Assembly (NCBI GenBank): GCA_030141605.1 | Contig: JAQGDQ010001358.1 | Coordinates: 1 to 44,705 of the forward strand | DNA length: 44,705 bases | Source of the DNA: Tubiluchus corallicola | Taxonomy: Eukaryota; Animalia; Priapulida | Reading direction: 5' to 3' | In this document: piece after piece, positions 10,965 to 25,309 of the stretch | How positions within the stretch are numbered: position 1 is the first letter of the stretch | Layout of the letters: each line of letters begins with the position of its first letter | Made by a program: the position numbers and the translations under genes | The notes under the pieces: model-generated | Databases searched by the model: none | Told to the model about the DNA's origin: nothing | What the model saw: only the letters and a program-made list of their open reading frames with translations

Positions 10965-12561
10965 TGACAACATGGCTACAGCACTCGATCTAATACAGTT
11001 TTAAAGTTTTTTCTTGTTTTCTCACTGACAACATGGCTACAGAACTCGATCTAATACAGTTTTAAATTTTTTCTTGTTTTTTCACTGACAGCATGGCTAC
11101 AGAACTCGATCTAATACAGTTTTAAAGTTTTTCTTGTTTTTTCACTGAAAGCATGGCTACAGAACTCGATCTCATACAGTTTTAAAGTTTTTCTTGTTTT
11201 TTTCACTGACAGCGTAGCTACAACACTCGATCTAATACAGTTTTAAAGTTTTTCTTGTTTTTTTCACTGATAACATGGCTACAGAACTCGATCTAGTACA
11301 GTTTTAAAGTTTTTTCTTGTTTTCTCACTGACAACATGGCTACAGAACTCGATCTAATACAGTTTTAAATTTTTTCTTGTTTTTTCACTGACAGCATGGC
11401 TACAGAACTCGATCTAATACAGTTTTAAAGTTTTTCTTGTTTTTTCACTGACAGCATGGCTACAGAACTCGATCTAATACAGTTTTAAAGTTTTTCTTGT
11501 TTTTTTCACTGACAGCATAGCTACAAAACTCGATCTAATACAGTTTTAAAGTTTTTCTTGTTTTTTTTCACTGATAACATGGCTACAGAACTCGATCTAA
11601 CACAGTTTTAAAGTTTTTTCTTGTTTTTTCACTGACAACATGGCTACAGAACTCGATCTAGTACAGTTTTAAAGTTTTTTCTTGTTTTTTCACTGACAAC
11701 ATCGCTACAGAACTCGATCTAATACAGTTTTAAAGTTTTTCTTGTTTTTTTTTCACTGACAACATGGCTACAGCACTCGATCTAATACAGTTTCAAAGTT
11801 TTTTCTTGTTTTGTCACTGACAACATGGCTACAGAACTCGATCTAACACAGTTTTAAAGTTTTTTCTTGTTTTTTCACTGACAGCATGGCTACAACACTC
11901 GATCTAATACAGTTTTAAAGTTTTTTCTTGTTTTCTCACTAACAACATGGCTACAACACTCGATCTAATACAGTTTTAAAGTTTTTTCTTGTTTTTTCAC
12001 TGACAGCATGGCTACAACACTCGATCTAACACAGTTTTAAAGTTTTTTCTTGTTTTTTCACTGACAGCATGGCTACAACACTCGATCTAATACAGTTTTA
12101 AAGTTTTTTCTTGTTTTTTTTCACTGACAACATGGCTACAACACTCGATCTAATACAGTTTTAAATTTTTTATTGTTTTTTTCACTGACAGCATGGCTAC
12201 AACACTCGATCTAATACAGTTTTAAAGTTATTTCTTGTTTTTTCACTGAGAGCATGGCTACAACACTCGATCTAATACAGTTTTAAAGTTTTTTCTTGTT
12301 TTTTCACTGACAACATGGCTACAACACTCGATCTAATACAGTTTTAAAGTTTTTTCTTGTTTTTTCACTGACAGCATGGCTACAACACTCGATCTAATAC
12401 AGTTTTAAAGTTTTTTCTTGTTTTTCCACTGACAACATGGCTACAGAACACGATCTAATGCAGTTTTAAAGTTTTTTCTTGTTTTGTCACTGACAGCATG
12501 GCTACAGCACTCGATCTAATACAGTTTTAAAGTTTTTTCTTGTTTTGTCACTGACAACATG
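10965..12561. repeat. ~60-bp minisatellite, ~26 copies
   Basis: Unit ACTGACARCATGGCTACARMACTCGATCTAATACAGTTTTAAAGTTTTTTCTTGTTTTTTC; length variation is in the T runs. Confidence 0.96.
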
Positions 12562-12861
12562 GAGTTCATATTAAATTTTATCTTCAACTTAATCAAGTTT
12601 TAATCCGGATTTTGGTACATTCTGATCTGAATTGCAGGTCGATAGATGTGGGTCAGTTATAATAACTTTATTTAAACCTATTGACAGAAGTTATTATTTC
12701 AAATCCAGCAAATAATGCAGAACTGAGGAAACAATACAAAAACCGATTAGAGAAATTGGTCTATTTAACGAACTGCCATTAGAGGTTATGTTTACTGTAT
12801 TAGTTTTATAAGTCCAGTTCGTAAGTATTATTCAGGAATGCCTCAAATCTCATATATGAGC

Positions 12862-13300
12862 TTCAATTCAATTCAATTCAATTTTTTTCAATTTCAATTT
12901 ATTTATCTCTTTATAGTGTTACAATAAAACATGATTAATAAAAGAATCTCTAATAAGTTTTGAAAAATAGATCTAGAACTAGAGAAAGGATAGCGAAAAG
13001 ACTGTAAAGTTACATAGTCTGCTATCCTTTACCGAATATAGATAAAAAGATTTTTTAGACACTGGTGTGCATTAATGTTATAAATTTAATTTAGGAAACA
13101 TTAGTAATTTTTAAAATTATGACATTTTCTATATAATCCAGGGAAAAGAATATACATGTAGTTTAATTAGCGGGCAACAAAATAAGGCCAATCTTGATTA
13201 AACTAAAAATTTCATTTAGATTTTATGTAAAATACAGGTCAAAATACATTCATTACATCATTCCATTTTAAGCACCAAATGCTTCACTGTGTGGAACAAT
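12862..13300 (-). mobile_element. Possible L2/Crack-like LINE 3' end
   Basis: On the minus strand: AATAAA followed by a (TTGAA)n tail and a 3'UTR-type stem-loop near 12988-13028. Coding similarity is only vestigial. Confidence 0.35.
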
Positions 13301-13569
13301 CTAACAAGCCCTGCATTTTTGATTGCCCGCAACACATTTACATTCGTATATAGGTGAACAGTGTTTTGAGGCTTTTCTTGTGCAGAAACAATAAAAACTT
13401 ATTTGTATTATGTTCATTGTAGGCCCTTTCACTATATATTGTACACGAAACTATTGTAAGTGTGTAATGTGAAATAAATGACTTATGACTTATGGGTTGG
13501 TTAGTCAAAACAATCTACTCTTTAAAATATTGAAAGGAAACATACTGTTTTTTCTAGAACGTGAAAGAA

Positions 13570-14000
13570 TTATTATTACTTCTTCTTCTTCTTTCTTCAA
13601 AATCTCATTCCACCTGTTGTGGGCATTGGGGTATCAACAGTTATCAGAGTATTCCACCCACTTCTATCTGCAGCTAATAGTATAAGTTCTTTTACTCCTG
13701 AAGATAGATTTGGTTGAATTTGTTGAACATCGTTATTTATCTTAGCTATCCAAGTTGTTTTAGGTTTGCTAGGTGGTTTTTTGCACGATCTCAAGGCTTC
13801 CTTTAAGGCCATTCTTACTGGTGCTTCATTTGGTAATCTTGGAAAATGTCCTAGCTATCTTAATCTTCGGATCTTGACTTTTCGACTCCAATAAATTTCT
13901 TTTGTTCTGGTGTATAAATCTTCATTTTTGATTATGTCTGGCCATCTTATCTTTAAAACTTTCTCAAGAAGACTTCTATGAAATGTGTCAATCTTATTTA
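13570..14000 (-). mobile_element. RTE-clade LINE, 5'-truncated 3' end with (GAA)n(TAA)n tail
   Basis: Minus-strand translation NKIDTFHRSLLEKVLKIRWPDIIKNEDLYTRT...RRLR*LGHFPRLPNEAPVRMALKEAL...KPKTTW...AADRSGW matches the RTE C-terminal pattern, with one in-frame stop. Confidence 0.88.
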
Positions 14001-14132
14001 TTACCACATAAACACAATTTCACGTTTGCGTCACTAGTTCTTCGCTGTTACATGCATTTCGCCATTCGATAGTTAGACGGGCACTAGCGCCTGCATTTCG
14101 GAAACGCGTTGCACAAGAAATTTCCCAATGTT

Positions 14133-14260
14133 ATCTAAATTTACAATTTTATACTGACAAAACGCTATCTCTGTATGCAATGAGGCAGTGTGCAAGTCAC
14201 ATAAAATTTCAAGATAATTTTTTTAGCTTTATGTAAGTAACTAATGGGTTTTCGCTTTAA
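14133..14260 (+). mobile_element. Kolobok-type family 1, decayed 3' end
   Basis: ATAAAATTTCAAGA...GCTTTATGTAAGT...GGGTTTT..CT|TTAA matches the right end of the other copies. Confidence 0.6.
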
Positions 14261-14734
14261 GTTAAATCTTACGCTGTCGGACTATTTTAAAGCTAAGTAG
14301 ACTAATCTGGCGGAATGACAATCAATCCCGGCGGAGATGCGTCCGGATGAGCCATTTCCGCCGACTTCCGACGATAATTCGTCCGACATCAATTTTCAAT
14401 CTATTTTCAATTTCCTTCATTAAACTGGGAGATTATGACCGCCATCCCTGGGATGAGAATCCCGGAATATGCATCCCGGAAGCTGTAGTTACATCTTAGC
14501 TGTGGCCCCGATGTCCTCTGAATTGAAAATTGGGTTAGTTGATCAGGGATTTCGGGACTTTTGGGTATGATAATTGGTTAGCAGGCTAGGTGGCGCTGTG
14601 GGACGATACGCAGCGACCAAATGTTGATTGAGATGTAACGCGTTTAGCGCATCAGCAAATGAAGATTTTAAACAAATGGATATATTCATACAATAGAAAT
14701 ATTTGCTAATAGATGCATTACAAAATTGTCTCAT

Positions 14735-15333
14735 TTAGTTTAAACATAATTTATTGTAGGATTGGATCAGACAGTTTGAACAAAATGATTTAGGATCCTC
14801 ACCACAACAGACTTTATACATTATTTACAAAAACATTTACAGTAAGAATAGACTATAACTACACAAGCTGACAAGTTTTACAACAAGATTACATTAGACA
14901 TTAGTAACATTTACGTAAGAATTGACTATAACTACACAAGCTGACAAGTTTTACTACAAGATTAGATTAGACTATTTACAAAAACATTTACAGTAAGAAT
15001 TGACTATATCTGCACAAGCTGACAAGTTTTACTACAAGATTACATTAGACATTAGTAACATTTACAGTAAGAATTGACTATATCTGCACAAGCTGACAAA
15101 TTTTACTACAAGATTACATTAGACATTAGTAACATTTACAGTAAGAATTGACTATATCTGCACAAGATGACAAGTTTTACTACAATATTACATTAGACAT
15201 TAGTAGAAAATGGCGGTTAGAAAATGTTGATGTACGAATATTTAAGACTGATGCATTCCATATCAGATAGAAACCACCGGAAGCGTTTAGTACGTAATAT
15301 AAAGTCATGTATGCATTGGAATATTTTACAGTT
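14735..15333 (-). mobile_element. CR1-like LINE 3' end (same family as 29234-29812) containing 5 x 74-bp repeats
   Basis: Reverse complement of ~29437-29812; 74-bp units at 14833-15205 (period measured 15058 to 15132). Confidence 0.8.
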
Positions 15334-15940
15334 AGGAACAAAGTATTTCATTTAATTTGTCTCAGTTAAAAGGTGAGCTTTTCATTAGAAACTTAACCCT
15401 TATAGGGTCACGATTTTTTACAACCGATTTTGGTAACCGGGGGTAAAAAATTACCCCCACCATAATTCGTAAATTACTTTTGATAAACCGCCGTGTTTCA
15501 TTAGTAAACAGCAACAGCACAATTTGTGGTTGTGCTGACCACCATAGGATACATTATACCTCTGCTTAAAGACATGTGACTTACTAGTAATACGAAATTT
15601 AAATTCACTTAGTTACGTTCCCTTATCTATGCAGGAATAACTGTAGACAACCGACATTGCAGCGCGTGTGCAAAAATCATTGTTATTTTGGATTGATTGT
15701 CTACTACTTTCTTCTTTTAGGTGGAGTAATTTGAGTAACTGACATTTGTTTTATCAGATACATCGCCAGTTTAATGTATAGACAAGCGAAGTAAAGTTTC
15801 GACAATTTTAAAAAATCGACATATTGCATTTTCACTTTTATTTCGTGGTGAGACAATGCACCTAAAATAAATAACTGAAAGTATTTTGTACCCAAAACAT
15901 ATTTAGAAAAAGTCATAGAAAAGGTTTACTGGTAAAAGGA

Positions 15941-16327
15941 TAAAATAAACCCAACATGCTGAGTGACTTGTCCTTTCCTTTAGCACACCACAAACAGTTT
16001 AAGAGATAACAGTGAAATAAACCCAACATGCTGAGTGAGTTGTCCTTTCCTTTAGCACACCACAAACAGTTTAAGTGATAATAGTAAAATAAACCCGACA
16101 TACTGAGTGACATGCTCTTTAGTTTAGCACACCACAAACAGTTTAAGTGATAACAGTAAAATAAGCCCAACATGCTGAGTGACTTGTCCTTTCCTTTAGT
16201 ACACCACAAACAGTTTAAGTGATAACAATAAAATAAACCCAACATGCTGGGTGACTTGTCCTTTCATTTAGCACACCACAAACAGTTTAACTGATAACAG
16301 TAAAATAAACCCAACATACTGAGTGAC
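15941..16327. repeat. 72-bp minisatellite, ~5.3 copies
   Basis: CCCAACATGC at 15950 and 16022; explains the 24-aa periodic ORF 15913..16245. Confidence 0.93.
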
Positions 16328-16339
16328 GTTCTGCTTTCT

Positions 16340-16847
16340 AAGCAACTTAAATCATTTAACAGTTGCCCTGCTGAGATGGAGAGTTTTTATCGTGCAGTAA
16401 TTGAGAGTGTCTTAACAACATCCCTCACTGTTTAGTATGGCTCTACCACGCAGGGAGATTGTAATGCTCTTCATCAAGTTGTTAAATCCGCTTCAAAAAT
16501 TATAGGAATTGAACAGCAATCTACCACACATTTATATGAAACTAGGGTCGCAACTTATCATGAAAGATGAATTCTATCCAGGTAATAAATATTTTGAAAT
16601 GCTGCTCCCTCTGGTCGTAGATTCCACTCAATTAACGTTAAAATCACAAGAACTTTAAATTCTTTCTATCCCGTTGCAATTCGCACCATCAACAGTAAAT
16701 TTCAGTAAATCTTCAATATTAATTCTCGATGTCCTTGTACAACTGATTGAATCATTTGTGTTAATCTCCTTGTTGTTTTCATAAGTTATTGCAGTACGTA
16801 AAACCACGTAAATTTCATTGTATGTATGGAGCTATAATGACAATAAA

Positions 16848-16850
<3 letters not shown>
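16340..16850 (+). mobile_element. Rex1/Babar-clade LINE, decayed 3' end
   Basis: KQLKSF...FYRAVIESVLTTSLTV*YGSTT...ALHQVVKSASKIIG, then (frameshifted) LPSGRRFHSINVKITRTLNSFYPVAIRTIN; the 3'UTR ends ATGACAATAAA immediately before a tetranucleotide tail. Confidence 0.85.
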
Positions 16851-18008
<1,158 letters not shown>

Positions 18009-18622
18009 TGTTCTTTTCTTTAACTTCCTACTTCTTTCTCAGCGTAACACGCCGTTTCCAGAACGAACAGAGGCACACGTCTTTGCACTTTTCTACTGCT
18101 GCACAACTCCTTATTTTCTCATTTAGAAGTCAACGAACATCGCCATGTTTTAATCTGTGTTTATCCTCTCTTACTAATCGCATCTATCAACACGCTAAGA
18201 CACACCGTCTCTCCTGATTCGATTACCAGGAAGCAGTTTTTTTCCTAATTTGCCTCCCGGCTTTTGAATTCCCCGCTTCTGATTTGATTAAGTCGGGAGA
18301 CGTTGATCACGGATGGCAGATATTGATAAAACTGGCAGCCTACTTGAATAATAAACACTGATCAGACTGCTGGAGACGATGATTTGGAAATCCGAGTTGT
18401 GATGCAAAGGAGAAGCTGATTTAATTACCCGGGAGAACAGATGGAGTTGGGAAAATACGTTCATTGCGAAGAGAGTATCCCTGATGCTGTTTTCCTGGAG
18501 AATGTATTCGATGGTTGAAGTGCTGTATTTGAACTGAAGGAGTTGACAGTACGGCAAAATATTTAATGCAAAACCCGACCCAATCTTAAACTGTGTGGGT
18601 CAAAACAATCTACTCTTTAAAA

Positions 18623-19960
18623 CTGAAATGAATTGAAATGCTGAAATGAGTCAGCTGAACAGAAAGACTGAAATCAGTCAGTTCTCACTGAATTACTGAA
18701 ATCAGACAGTTTTAACAGAAATACTGAAATCAGTCAATTCTAACTGAAATACTGAAATCAGTCAGTTCTAACTGAAATACGGAATCAGTCAGTTCTAACT
18801 GAATTACTGAAATCAGACAGTTCTAACAGAAAGACTGAAATCAGTCAGTTCTAACTGAATTACTGAAATCAGACAGTTCTAACAGAAAGACTGAAATCAG
18901 TCAGTTCTAACTGAATTACTGAAATCAGACAGTTCTAACTGAAATGCTGAAATCAGTCAGTCTGAACTGAAATACTGAAATCAGTCAGTTCTAACTGAAA
19001 TACTGAAATCAGTCAGTTCTAACTGAAATGCTGAAATGAGTCAGTTCTAACTTAAGTGCTGAAATGAGTCAGTCTGAACTAAAATACTGAAATCAGTCAG
19101 TTCTAACTGAAATACTGAAAAGAATCAGTTCTAACTGAAATACTGAAATCAGTCAGTTCTAACTGAAATACGGAATCAGTCAATTCTAACTGAAATACTG
19201 AAATGAGTCAGTTCTAACTGAAATACTGAAATCAGTCAGTTCTAACTGAAATACGGAATCAGTCAGTTTTAACAGAAATACTGAAATCTGTCAGTTCTAG
19301 CTGAAATACTGAAATCAGTCAGTTCTAGCTGAAATACTCAAACCAATCTGTTGTAATTGAAATACTTAAATGAGTCAGTTCTAACCGAAATACTGAAATC
19401 AGTCAGTTCTAACTGAAATACGGAATCAGTTAGTTTTAACAGAAATACTGAAATCAGTCAGTTCTAACTGAAATACGGAATCAGTCAATTCTAACTGAAA
19501 TACTGAAATGAGTCAGTTCTAACTGAAATACAGAAATGAGTCAGTTCTAACCGAAATACGGAAATCAGTCAGTTCTAACTGAAATACGGAATCAGTTAGT
19601 TTTAACAGAAATACTGAAATCAGTCAGTTCTAACTGAAATACTGAAATCAGTCAGTTCTAACTGAAATACGGAATCAGTTAGTTTTAACAGAAATACTGA
19701 AATCAGTCAGTTCTAACTGAAATACGGAATCAGACAATTCTAACTGAAATACTGAAATGAGTCAGTTCTAACTGAAATACAGAAATGAGTCAGTTCTAAC
19801 CGAAATACGGAAATCAGTCAGTTCTAACTGAAATACGGAATCAGTTAGTTTTAACAGAAATACTGAAATCAGTCAGTTCTAACTGAAATACTGAAATCAG
19901 TCAGTTCTAACTGAAATACGGAATCAGTTAGTTTTAACAGAAATACTGAAATCAGTCAAC
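18623..19960. repeat. 28-bp minisatellite, ~47 copies (AACTGAAATACTGAAATCAGTCAGTTCT)
   Basis: Period measured at 18965 and 18993; a 27-bp variant contains TACGGAAT. Confidence 0.95.
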
Positions 19961-20937
19961 TTGAACTGCAATTCTGAAATGTTTAACCTGAAATGTTGCT
20001 GTTCATGCAGCGAAGAGATCAGTCCTGCTCTTTTTCTTCATCTTCAGCTCTTATTCATCTCACTTAATTTGCATCTAGGATGTTTTACACACAGAAAATT
20101 TACTGCTCCTCTGACCAAGTCTTTATGACTAAATCACCTCGCTGCTCGTGCGTTTCCCAGAATTCCGCCTGATGAACCAGAATAGCGTAAAATTGAAATG
20201 CGCATCTCGTGCAAAAACGCAGAGGAAATGCAGCCGGAAGCAATCTCCTAAAACCACTGTTTGACGATTATGTGATGTACACCCGTTTTAGTTTGATTAA
20301 ATGTGTATTCAACCAGCCCTGAGTTATGGATGGTCAGTCTGAAAATGCATTCATGAGTGTCAATTTATCAGATGGACTTGTTGTATTGTGCCCAAGTAAA
20401 CAAATTGGGTTAAGTTGAATTGTGGCATTTTTGAGTTGAAAGATTTCTGTTCTGTTTTTTTATAAAAAAATTGAATAATAGTAGAATTGTCGTTCTGTGT
20501 AAATGGCGTGCATTGTCATTGTTCTCCGCTAGCTTTATTCTAGAGTATTAGATCAGTCTAAACTTATCGTGCTCGCTAGGACTTATTATAAATTAGGGGA
20601 CAGAACAGTTCCTTGTCTAGCACCATAATGTTGATAAAAAAGTAGCTACGCGAAAATTATTTATTTATTCATTTATTGCTAGACTTATACAATAATAATT
20701 TACACAGAAAGCATTAAATTAACACAAATTTTACGCAGAAAAAGAACATTAATATATAATTTCCATTGAGATTACTGGCATGCCTCTTGACAACACCAGA
20801 AAGAAAATTTTGTGTTGGTGCTGCCCAGATTGATGGTAAATTTGAAACATGAGAAACAAAAACAGAAGTTCATTAAATGATCTCTCTTTCTCACACTCAT
20901 TCACTCTCACACACTCAATCGCTGACACACGCACACA

Positions 20938-21064
<127 letters not shown>

Positions 21065-21460
21065 TCTTTCTAGAATGAGGACAAGGTGCAAAATGTAGAA
21101 ATTCAGCAAGTTGATGAGGAATACATGAATGACGCATGAACGAAAAGAAAGCACGGATTGCTTATTAGTCTTCCAGTAAAAATAATATCCACCAAAATAT
21201 TCTAGAAACTTTTCCTAGATAATTTTTAATCAATGATTGCAGCTTAAAATTGACGTGTAAGCGTAGAATTATTTTTGCAAAGATACCCAAAGTTATGGTT
21301 GATCAGTCTGAAAATCCATTCATGAGTGTCGATTTATCAGATGGACTTGTTGTATTGTGCCCAAGTAAACAAATTGGGTTGAGTTGAAAGATTTCTGTTC
21401 TGTTTTTTATAAAAAAAATTAATAATAATAATAATAATAATAATAACAATAATATTATCA

Positions 21461-21578
21461 GCTTACTCAAAACTTACAAAAGTTTTTGAAAATAGAAAGA
21501 TATCTTTGGAAACAAAAATTAGAGTATTCTCAGCCTTAGCTGAAACTGTATTCCGGTATAACTCTGAGCTCTGGACAA
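21461..21578 (+). mobile_element. Internal RTE reverse-transcriptase fragment (second, shorter copy at ~22610-22710)
   Basis: Translates AYSKLTKVFENRKISLETKIRVFSALAETVFRYNSELWT, the RTE IS..TK.R.F....V..Y.SE.W region. Confidence 0.75.
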
Positions 21579-22476
21579 AAGAAGAAGAAGAAGAATAGTA
21601 GAATTGTCGTTCTGTGTAAATGGCGTGCATTGTCATTGTTCTCCGCTAGCTTTATTCTAGAGTATTAGATCAGTCTAAACTTACAGTGCTCGTTAGGACT
21701 TATTATAAATTAGGCGACAGAACAGTTCCTTGTCAAGCACCATAATGTTGATAAAAAAGCTGCTACGCCAAAATTATTTATTTATTCACTTATTACTAGA
21801 CTTACAATGAGCATGCAGTGATAAGTTACACAGAAAGCATTAAATTAACACAAATTTTACACAGAAAAAGAACACTAATATATAATTTCTGTTGAGATTG
21901 CTGACATGCCTCTTGACAACACCAGGAAGAAAATCTTGTTTTGGTGCTGCCCAGATTAATGGTAAATTTGAAACATGAGAAACCAGAACAGAAGTACATT
22001 AAATGATCTCTCTCTTTCTCACACTCATTCACTCTCACACGCTCAATCGCTGACACACGCACACACACACACACATACACACACACACACGCACGCACGC
22101 ACATACACACACACACACACACATTCTTTCTAGAATGAGGACAAGGTGCAAAAGGTAGAAATTCAGCATGTTGATGAGGAATACATGAATGACGCATGAA
22201 CGAAAAGAAAGCACGGATTGCTCATTGGTCTTCCAGTAAAAATAACACCCACCAAAATATTCTAGAAACTTTTCCTAGATAATTTGAAATCAATGATTGC
22301 AGCTTAAAATTGACGTGTAGGCGTAGAATTATTTTTGCAAAGATACCCAAAGTTATGGATGATCAGTCTGAAAATCCATTCATGAGTGTCGATTTATCAG
22401 ATGGACTTGTTGTATTGTGCCCAAGTAAACAAATTGGGTTGAGTTGAAAGATTTCTGTTCTGTTTTTTATAAAAAA

Positions 22477-22607
<131 letters not shown>

Positions 22608-23020
22608 CAACTTACTCAAAACTTAAAAATGTTTTTGAAAATAGAAAACATTTTTGGAAACAAAAATTAGAGTATTCTAAGCCTTAGTTGAAACTGTATT
22701 CCTGTATAACTTAGGGGACAGAACAGTTCCTTGTCAAGTACCATAATGTTCATAAGAGTTTAAAACGTAGCTCACTGTAACTCAGTTGTACGTGTTTTAT
22801 AAGTAAATAGGATTCAGAGTTTTTAAAGGACCTTGGCTGCTTTTTTACTAAAGAAATTTGTTCTCATTTCCAACGAGGAAATGAAATGACATTTGCTATC
22901 ATTATTTCAGTTTTCAACTTTATTTCTATGGAATATTTATACAGAATATATTAAATAGAATAATTGTTTTCTGTTACTTCGACATGCGTAAGCTTGATAA
23001 AAATTTAATGATAAAACTGT

Positions 23021-23530
23021 NNNNNNNNNNNNNNNNNNNNNNNNNNNNNNNNNNNNNNNNNNNNNNNNNNNNNNNNNNNNNNNNNNNNNNNNNNNNNNNN
23101 NNNNNNNNNNNNNNNNNNNNNNNNNNNNNNNNNNNNNNNNNNNNNNNNNNNNNNNNNNNNNNNNNNNNNNNNNNNNNNNNNNNNNNNNNNNNNNNNNNNN
23201 NNNNNNNNNNNNNNNNNNNNNNNNNNNNNNNNNNNNNNNNNNNNNNNNNNNNNNNNNNNNNNNNNNNNNNNNNNNNNNNNNNNNNNNNNNNNNNNNNNNN
23301 NNNNNNNNNNNNNNNNNNNNNNNNNNNNNNNNNNNNNNNNNNNNNNNNNNNNNNNNNNNNNNNNNNNNNNNNNNNNNNNNNNNNNNNNNNNNNNNNNNNN
23401 NNNNNNNNNNNNNNNNNNNNNNNNNNNNNNNNNNNNNNNNNNNNNNNNNNNNNNNNNNNNNNNNNNNNNNNNNNNNNNNNNNNNNNNNNNNNNNNNNNNN
23501 NNNNNNNNNNNNNNNNNNNNNNNNNNNNNN
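23021..23530. other. Assembly gap (510 N)
   Basis: Run of N. Confidence 1.
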
Positions 23531-24184
23531 AACACACCAAAGAGGTGACAGAAGAAAACCCTGAGGGATACCACTGAAAGCTCGGCAAGCGTTTGCATCG
23601 ATTTGCAAAACACTCGTGTTTATGTAAGGACCGTGCTTAGACTCACCATAATATGGTGTAGAATTGATAAACCTTCTGTCAACAAACTAACGCAAACAGT
23701 TTATGAAATCCCTTCATCCTACATCCGTGAAAATTAATAGCATTCGCAGACTGGCTGACACGTCTGTAGTTCAATCTGAGCGTGTTGACAGAGAGAGTGA
23801 AGTTTGGACAAGGGGGGCTGCTGTAAGGTGTCTAGAAAGAGGTCTGGTCAAGATGTAGCTTTCGTTGCCTGTACTTTTTATACTATTCCAGCATCGTTTC
23901 CCCCTTGTTTTGCTCAAACTACATTTTGATTTAACTACATTTTCGTTCATTTGCTGCATTTATGATTTAACCACATTGCTTGCTTTTTTGTTGTTGCACT
24001 CATGACTGAACTGCATCTTGTTCAGTTGTTGGTTTTAATATTTAACTGCATTATTTGCTTGTTTTTTTCATTGGTATAATTATAATATAACTGCATTGCA
24101 TTTTGTTTATTTGCTACACTTAAGATCGAACTACGTATTATTCACTTAACCATGTAGTCTGCCGTGCTTTATACTGTTCCTAAG

Positions 24185-24319
24185 TTATATAAGAGGTGGC
24201 TGACTCGATGACCTCCTGGTCTTTCGCCACCCCATCTCTACACACTTTACATAATTTGTTGTATTTGCGCTACAAATATTATATTAGAGATAAATAAGCC
24301 TTTTGAATTGAATTGAATC
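24185..24319 (+). mobile_element. Possible L2-like LINE 3' terminus
   Basis: GGTGGC...GCCACC stem-loop, then ATAAATAA and a (TTGAA)3 tail. Confidence 0.35.
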
Positions 24320-25146
24320 AAAAGTGACGTTCTGTAAGGCAGATATCGTGTTTTGCATCTGACTGAGGTAAAGAGATAGCTCTTCAGCCCTTAAGTACCC
24401 TAAGTACTTTTGCATAGGAAGTTGTGTAGTTCATAGGGGAGCCTTTGAAAGGTCTGCCCTAGGTGGGTAATGCTGTTTGGCTACTTTGAATGTGATGTCA
24501 TGTTTTTTTAACTTGTTTAGTTTTACTGTGGGTGCTAAGTAGAAAGGATATTAACTCAAAATGGGACACGAAAACAAGACCTCTGGTCAGTGTTGTAAAA
24601 AGTGTCTTCTGAGTTTTAGAATCGGGAGTATTTTTATGGCAGCAGGGGTGGCTAAGAAAAGGAGAGGTTTTATAAGAACCATCGGTTGTGAGGTAGCAGT
24701 GAAGGAGAGATCAAGAAAACGAGGAAGAACAGAACACGGATAGGAAAAGAAAATGGAACGAGAGACTTAACTCCTAGGACTAAATAGTCAAAATTTGTTT
24801 AAGTAAGAATTCCTCAGGACTAAATTCGGCAAGTAAACGAAATATATAACAACAAAAAATTTGAAAACACTGTACATCGAATTAAACTGAATTTATTTAG
24901 GTGATGCAAAAAATGTGCGAAAATGAAAGCAAACAAATTAGGAAAAAGCATGACACCATGCAGCGATTGTAAAGGCTGCTTAAGTACAATAGAAGATTGT
25001 TCATAAGTCCAATACAAGCTGCCAACCGCAAACGTGATGATGATGAATATGGTTAAACTTTTATTTTAAAAATAACGTATTTACTACATCTATTTGCATA
25101 AATTGGCTTTTACTTGCAATCAAACTTTAACCTAATTGTAAGCTCT

Positions 25147-25257
25147 CACACACACACACGCACACGCGCACGCACGCACGCACACACACGCACACGCACA
25201 CGCGCGCACACACACACACGCGCACACGCACACGCACACGCACACGCGCACACACAC

Positions 25258-25306
<49 letters not shown>
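25147..25306. repeat. (CA/CG)n microsatellite
   Basis: Directly visible. Confidence 0.95.

Positions 25307-25309
<3 letters not shown>

Noticed and set aside
15913-16245. Cys/His-containing 24-aa repeat protein (zinc-finger-like)
   Set aside because: It follows from a 72-bp unit divisible by three; the spacing does not fit C2H2 and the frame closes within the array.
18340-18560. Coding-like composition
   Set aside because: Frames are short and interrupted, and I recognise no family.
20165-20210. Hammerhead-like CTGATGA...GAAATGCGCATC
   Set aside because: Helix I and helix II cannot be formed convincingly.
22937-23613. Four ~200-aa ORFs
   Set aside because: Artefacts of the N gap.
24540-25010. 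Possible Penelope N-terminal motif (TLTRGLVFV, minus strand) and a Cys-rich stretch (CKKC...CSDCKGC, plus strand)
   Set aside because: Too short and flanked by stops to support an assignment by eye.
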